Made by a program: the position numbers and the translations under genes | NCBI GenBank assembly: GCA_003545375.1 | Contig: DPYP01000212.1 | Coordinates: 1 to 28,683, forward strand | Direction: 5' to 3' | Length of the DNA: 28,683 nucleotides | From: Lentisphaeria bacterium | Lineage (GTDB): Bacteria; Verrucomicrobiota; Lentisphaeria; JABSQK01; CAJWLW01 | Notes under the pieces: model-generated | Database searches by the model: none | Told to the model about the DNA's origin: nothing | What the model saw: the letters and a program-made list of their open reading frames with translations, nothing else | Part shown: positions 25,534 through 28,683 of the stretch, in pieces | How positions within the stretch are numbered: the first letter of the stretch is position 1 | Layout of the letters: every line of letters begins with the position of its first letter

Positions 25534-28500
25534 ATAAAGAAGTTTCTCAAAATTACCGGGACCGTGGTTGCTGTCCTGATTCTGCTTGTTGCAGGCGTGC
25601 TCGTCTACGTCAACAACGGCGGTTTCATAAAACGGCATGTACTGCCGGCTATTGCTGACACATTAGAAACAACGATTACCGCCGACGACGTGACGTTTTC
25701 CATCTTCGGCGAGCTGCAACTCAATGATCTGATTCTCGGTGATGCCACCGAGCCGTTTCTCGAAGTCGAAACGGTGCGGGTGCGCTATCAGCTCATGCCA
25801 ATGCTCGGTGGCGAGTTCTATGTGGACGAGGTGCTGCTCGAAAACACGACAGTGGCTTTGAAGCAGGCGGCCGACGGCACTTTCATCTTTCCGTTCAAGC
25901 TGCCAGAGACGAAGGACGAGCCACCTCTGGAATCCGTACCCGAGTTCGCGGTGAAGGGCTTCAACATCAAGAACCTCAAGGTTACGCTTGACCGGCCGGC
26001 GGGCGATGAAACGCCAGCCGTCGCGGCGGTGCTGCAGAATATCAACGTCAGCATCCCGAAGATTGCACTCGGTGAACAGATCGGTGTCACCGTCACCGCC
26101 GACGGTAGTTACGCCGCGGGCGAGCAACTGCAGGCGACATTCGGCTCCCTCAAGATCAGCCTCAATGCCAACCTGCCGAAGGATCTGGTGATCAAGGACG
26201 TCAACGTCATCGAGCTTGAGGAACTGCTGATCAACGACATGTCCGGCAACGTCGCGGGTGTGACACTGGATGGTCGGCAGTTGAAGGTGTGGTTCACCGA
26301 CAGCCAGTTTGGCATGCAGGAGGCCATGGGCGGTCATGTTGAAGCAGAGTTCAGCGCCAAGAGCAAACTACAGATCGACGTTGCGCTGCTCGAGTCGCCG
26401 ATCACGCCGAAAATCGGCGGCGAACTGGCAGTTGCCTTCAATACATTCGCCCAGAACAACCAGACGTCCGTGCTCGACCTTATCGGCGTTCTTGTCGGTG
26501 ACTACAGGTTCGGTGACACCACGATCAGTTACGACGGTGCCATCACGCTGGCCGACAACGGCAGAACGATCGGCAGCCAGGGGGAGCTCAATGTCCAGGA
26601 ATTGACCGTGGCATCCACAGAACTGAAGCTGGAGCCACTGGATGATCCTGTGCAGATAACCGTCGGACATGACGTCACCTTTGCGGCCGGAAAAGAGTTG
26701 ACGGTCGACGCACTCCACGTCAGTGCCAAAGCAAAGGGTCGTGAAATCCTGAAAGTCACGTTGAGTAAGAAGACAACAATCGCTCTGACACCAGGTGCGG
26801 CTGGCAATAATTTGCCGCCGTCGCGGCTGCAAATCGTCAGCAAAGACTTCGATCTGTCTCTGCTGTCGCCACTGATCCCGCGCCAGGACAGCTTCGCGTT
26901 TCATGGCGGCCAATTAACCGACGACCTCGACGTGCTGATCGAGAATGACGGCAAGAAGATCACCGCCACCGGCACAGTGGACCTCAGTCGCGTGCATATC
27001 GCGGCGTCTGAGAAGCACATCAAGAATCTCGGTGTCTCCACCGCCATCGACATCGTCGTCAGCGACTTCGAACGCATTACGGTCAGGCCCGGCTCGCTCA
27101 AGGTATCTTCCGATGGCAATGTGATTTTCGAGGCGATTCTCCATGAGGCCGTGACAGTGGATATATCGAAAGATGCGGCGACCGCTGAGCTGCCGCCGGC
27201 GAGGTTGACGATCAGCAGTCAGGACTTGGACCTGATGCTCTTCGAGCCGTTCATCCCGCCAATCAAAGACTTTCAGTTCAGGGGCGGTCGCCTGACAGAC
27301 AATATCAACCTGCATGTCGAGAACGGCGGCAAGAAGATCGCTGCCACGGGCAGTTTCACGCTTGACAAGGCCGCTTTCCGATACGATCAGGACGAATTCG
27401 GCGAGCTCAATATCACAACCCAATTCGATGCGGTTATGACCGACTTTGCCAACGTGCAGTTCAAGCCTACGACGCTGCGGCTGACAACTGCCGGCAGGGA
27501 CGCGCTGGTCGTAACAGCCAATGGTGAGCTGCAGATCAAAACCACATTCGGCGCCGATGGCACCGAATCCAGCAAACTCGCCGGCACCGTCAACGTCACC
27601 GAGTTGAAGGTGTCGCCGGGAATCAGCGCGGCCCTGCCCTCTGCTGTCACCGACGCGGTCGCCTTGTCCAATGTCAATCTGGCGGGGACAGCCGTCATCG
27701 GCATCGAAGAGACGACGAGCTTCGACTTGGTAACCAACTTGAGGTCAGACGCTATCGAAATCGGCCTTGATGGTTTCAAGATTCCGCCTTTGTCGTATAC
27801 CGTCGACCTCAGTGCAGAATTCGCAGCCGATCAAATGCTCAAGTTGCGCAAATGCAGTGTGGTGCTCGACGACCCGGCCGGCAACCTGGCATCACTCGAT
27901 CTCACCGGCAACTTCGACGCATCGATGAAGGGACGCAAATCGGAACTGTCCCTGATTTCGCAGCAGCCATTGGTGGTGGACCGGTTTCTCGACATGATGG
28001 TGACAAGTTCTGAAACGACCGGACCGATCACCGCGCCGGATATCTGGGCCGTCGTCAATGTGGCGCTGACAAAGGTGACCTATAAAACCGTCGACATTGA
28101 AGATTTCCAGGGGGTCATCGTGCATAAAGACGGCAAAATCAGCATTGACTCCAGGAACTTCAAGATCAACGGTGTGTCGTCGAGCCTGAACGCTTCCTGC
28201 GGTTATGCCGCGATCCCGATGACCTACACCTGCGACTTCGATATGGGCGAACAGTCGGTCACCCCGCTGATCACCAGCTTTGCGCCGAAGGCGGCAAGCT
28301 ACATAGGTGCTGGCAGCATCAAGAGCTTCGCCATCAAGGGCGCCAGTGGTAAAGGCACCAAGTGGCCGGAGCTGATGGACCACCTCAACGCCGACATCAG
28401 TTTCGAAGTGACCGGGCTCAGGCTGCTCCAGTTTGCCGACGGCAGCCTGATGAATGTCCTCTCGGGCGCTGCCGGCGTGGCCATCGGCGTGACACCCAAC

Positions 28501-28683
28501 GACCTGTCACTGCAGGCCTGTGGCGGTCGACTGAAGATACACGACGGCAAAGTGCATCTGGAGGAACCCCTGACCATTCCGACCAAGGCCATGATACTGA
28601 TCATCCAGGGATCGTTCAAGCCCACCGGCGATATGCCCGGCGACCTTTGGGTTGAGGCCGGTTTCGGTGACCGCCTGGGGCAC
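25534..28683 (+). CDS. 3'-partial large AsmA-like (repeating beta-groove) envelope protein, >=1050 aa; absent from the ORF track
   Basis: I translated frame 1 manually and found no stop from 25534 to the window end. The N-terminus is (M)KKFLKITG + TM helix + ITADDVTFSIFGELQLNDLIL..EVETVRVRYQL..VDEVLLENTTV, an AsmA N-terminal pattern. The rest is alternating hydrophobic beta-strand sequence. Confidence 0.82.
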   Translation, partial: MKKFLKITGTVVAVLILLVAGVLVYVNNGGFIKRHVLPAIADTLETTITADDVTFSIFGELQLNDLILGDATEPFLEVETVRVRYQLMPMLGGEFYVDEVLLENTTVALKQAADGTFIFPFKLPETKDEPPLESVPEFAVKGFNIKNLKVTLDRPAGDETPAVAAVLQNINVSIPKIALGEQIGVTVTADGSYAAGEQLQATFGSLKISLNANLPKDLVIKDVNVIELEELLINDMSGNVAGVTLDGRQLKVWFTDSQFGMQEAMGGHVEAEFSAKSKLQIDVALLESPITPKIGGELAVAFNTFAQNNQTSVLDLIGVLVGDYRFGDTTISYDGAITLADNGRTIGSQGELNVQELTVASTELKLEPLDDPVQITVGHDVTFAAGKELTVDALHVSAKAKGREILKVTLSKKTTIALTPGAAGNNLPPSRLQIVSKDFDLSLLSPLIPRQDSFAFHGGQLTDDLDVLIENDGKKITATGTVDLSRVHIAASEKHIKNLGVSTAIDIVVSDFERITVRPGSLKVSSDGNVIFEAILHEAVTVDISKDAATAELPPARLTISSQDLDLMLFEPFIPPIKDFQFRGGRLTDNINLHVENGGKKIAATGSFTLDKAAFRYDQDEFGELNITTQFDAVMTDFANVQFKPTTLRLTTAGRDALVVTANGELQIKTTFGADGTESSKLAGTVNVTELKVSPGISAALPSAVTDAVALSNVNLAGTAVIGIEETTSFDLVTNLRSDAIEIGLDGFKIPPLSYTVDLSAEFAADQMLKLRKCSVVLDDPAGNLASLDLTGNFDASMKGRKSELSLISQQPLVVDRFLDMMVTSSETTGPITAPDIWAVVNVALTKVTYKTVDIEDFQGVIVHKDGKISIDSRNFKINGVSSSLNASCGYAAIPMTYTCDFDMGEQSVTPLITSFAPKAASYIGAGSIKSFAIKGASGKGTKWPELMDHLNADISFEVTGLRLLQFADGSLMNVLSGAAGVAIGVTPNDLSLQACGGRLKIHDGKVHLEEPLTIPTKAMILIIQGSFKPTGDMPGDLWVEAGFGDRLGH
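26812..27351 (+). repeat. Internal protein repeat in the AsmA-like ORF, period 378 nt (126 aa)
   Basis: LPPSRLQIVSKDFDL...GGQLTDD...ENDGKKITATG (26812-26973) versus LPPARLTISSQDLDL...GGRLTDN...ENGGKKIAATG (27190-27351): 30/54 aa identical by manual count. Confidence 0.9.

Noticed and set aside
151-28655. The many long antisense or alternative-frame ORFs in the track (e.g. 151..834-, 2564..3475+, 4937..5830-, 9250..10920-, 11771..12532-, 21432..22238-, 25663..26337-)
   Set aside because: They overlap well-supported genes, show no family motifs, and are the expected shadow ORFs of GC-rich coding DNA.

Overview
A GC-rich bacterial chromosomal window of about 25 mostly housekeeping and envelope/stress genes. 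I see no rRNA, tRNA, CRISPR array, transposase or phage gene. A PVC-superphylum (Lentisphaerae-like) origin is my impression only and is unverified. From left to right: the 3' part of a Gfo/Idh/MocA oxidoreductase-WbpD acetyltransferase fusion; a phasin-like (COG3937) domain fused to a thiol peroxidase; pyrH, tsf and rpsB (frr is absent); an ABC-F ATPase; an MFS transporter; an internally deleted pncA followed by a macrodomain gene, a YfhO-type GT-C gene, degP and sodC; the srkA/rdoA kinase; a 2OG-Fe(II) oxygenase; an exported ankyrin protein; suhB; an RluA-type synthase; slyD; a second MFS transporter; an exported 16-Cys repeat protein; an acid-ceramidase/C45-like Ntn hydrolase; exported msrB, an AAA_28 NTPase and exported msrA; and a >1050-codon AsmA-like ORF. 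That last ORF is missing from the supplied ORF track, appears to start at ATA, and runs off the right edge. The strongest novelty candidates are the phasin-Tpx fusion, the exported metallothionein-like CxxCGxxKGxxxCC x4 protein, and the exported MsrA / AAA_28 / lipoprotein MsrB unit. All protein calls come from motif recognition by eye; no searches were run.
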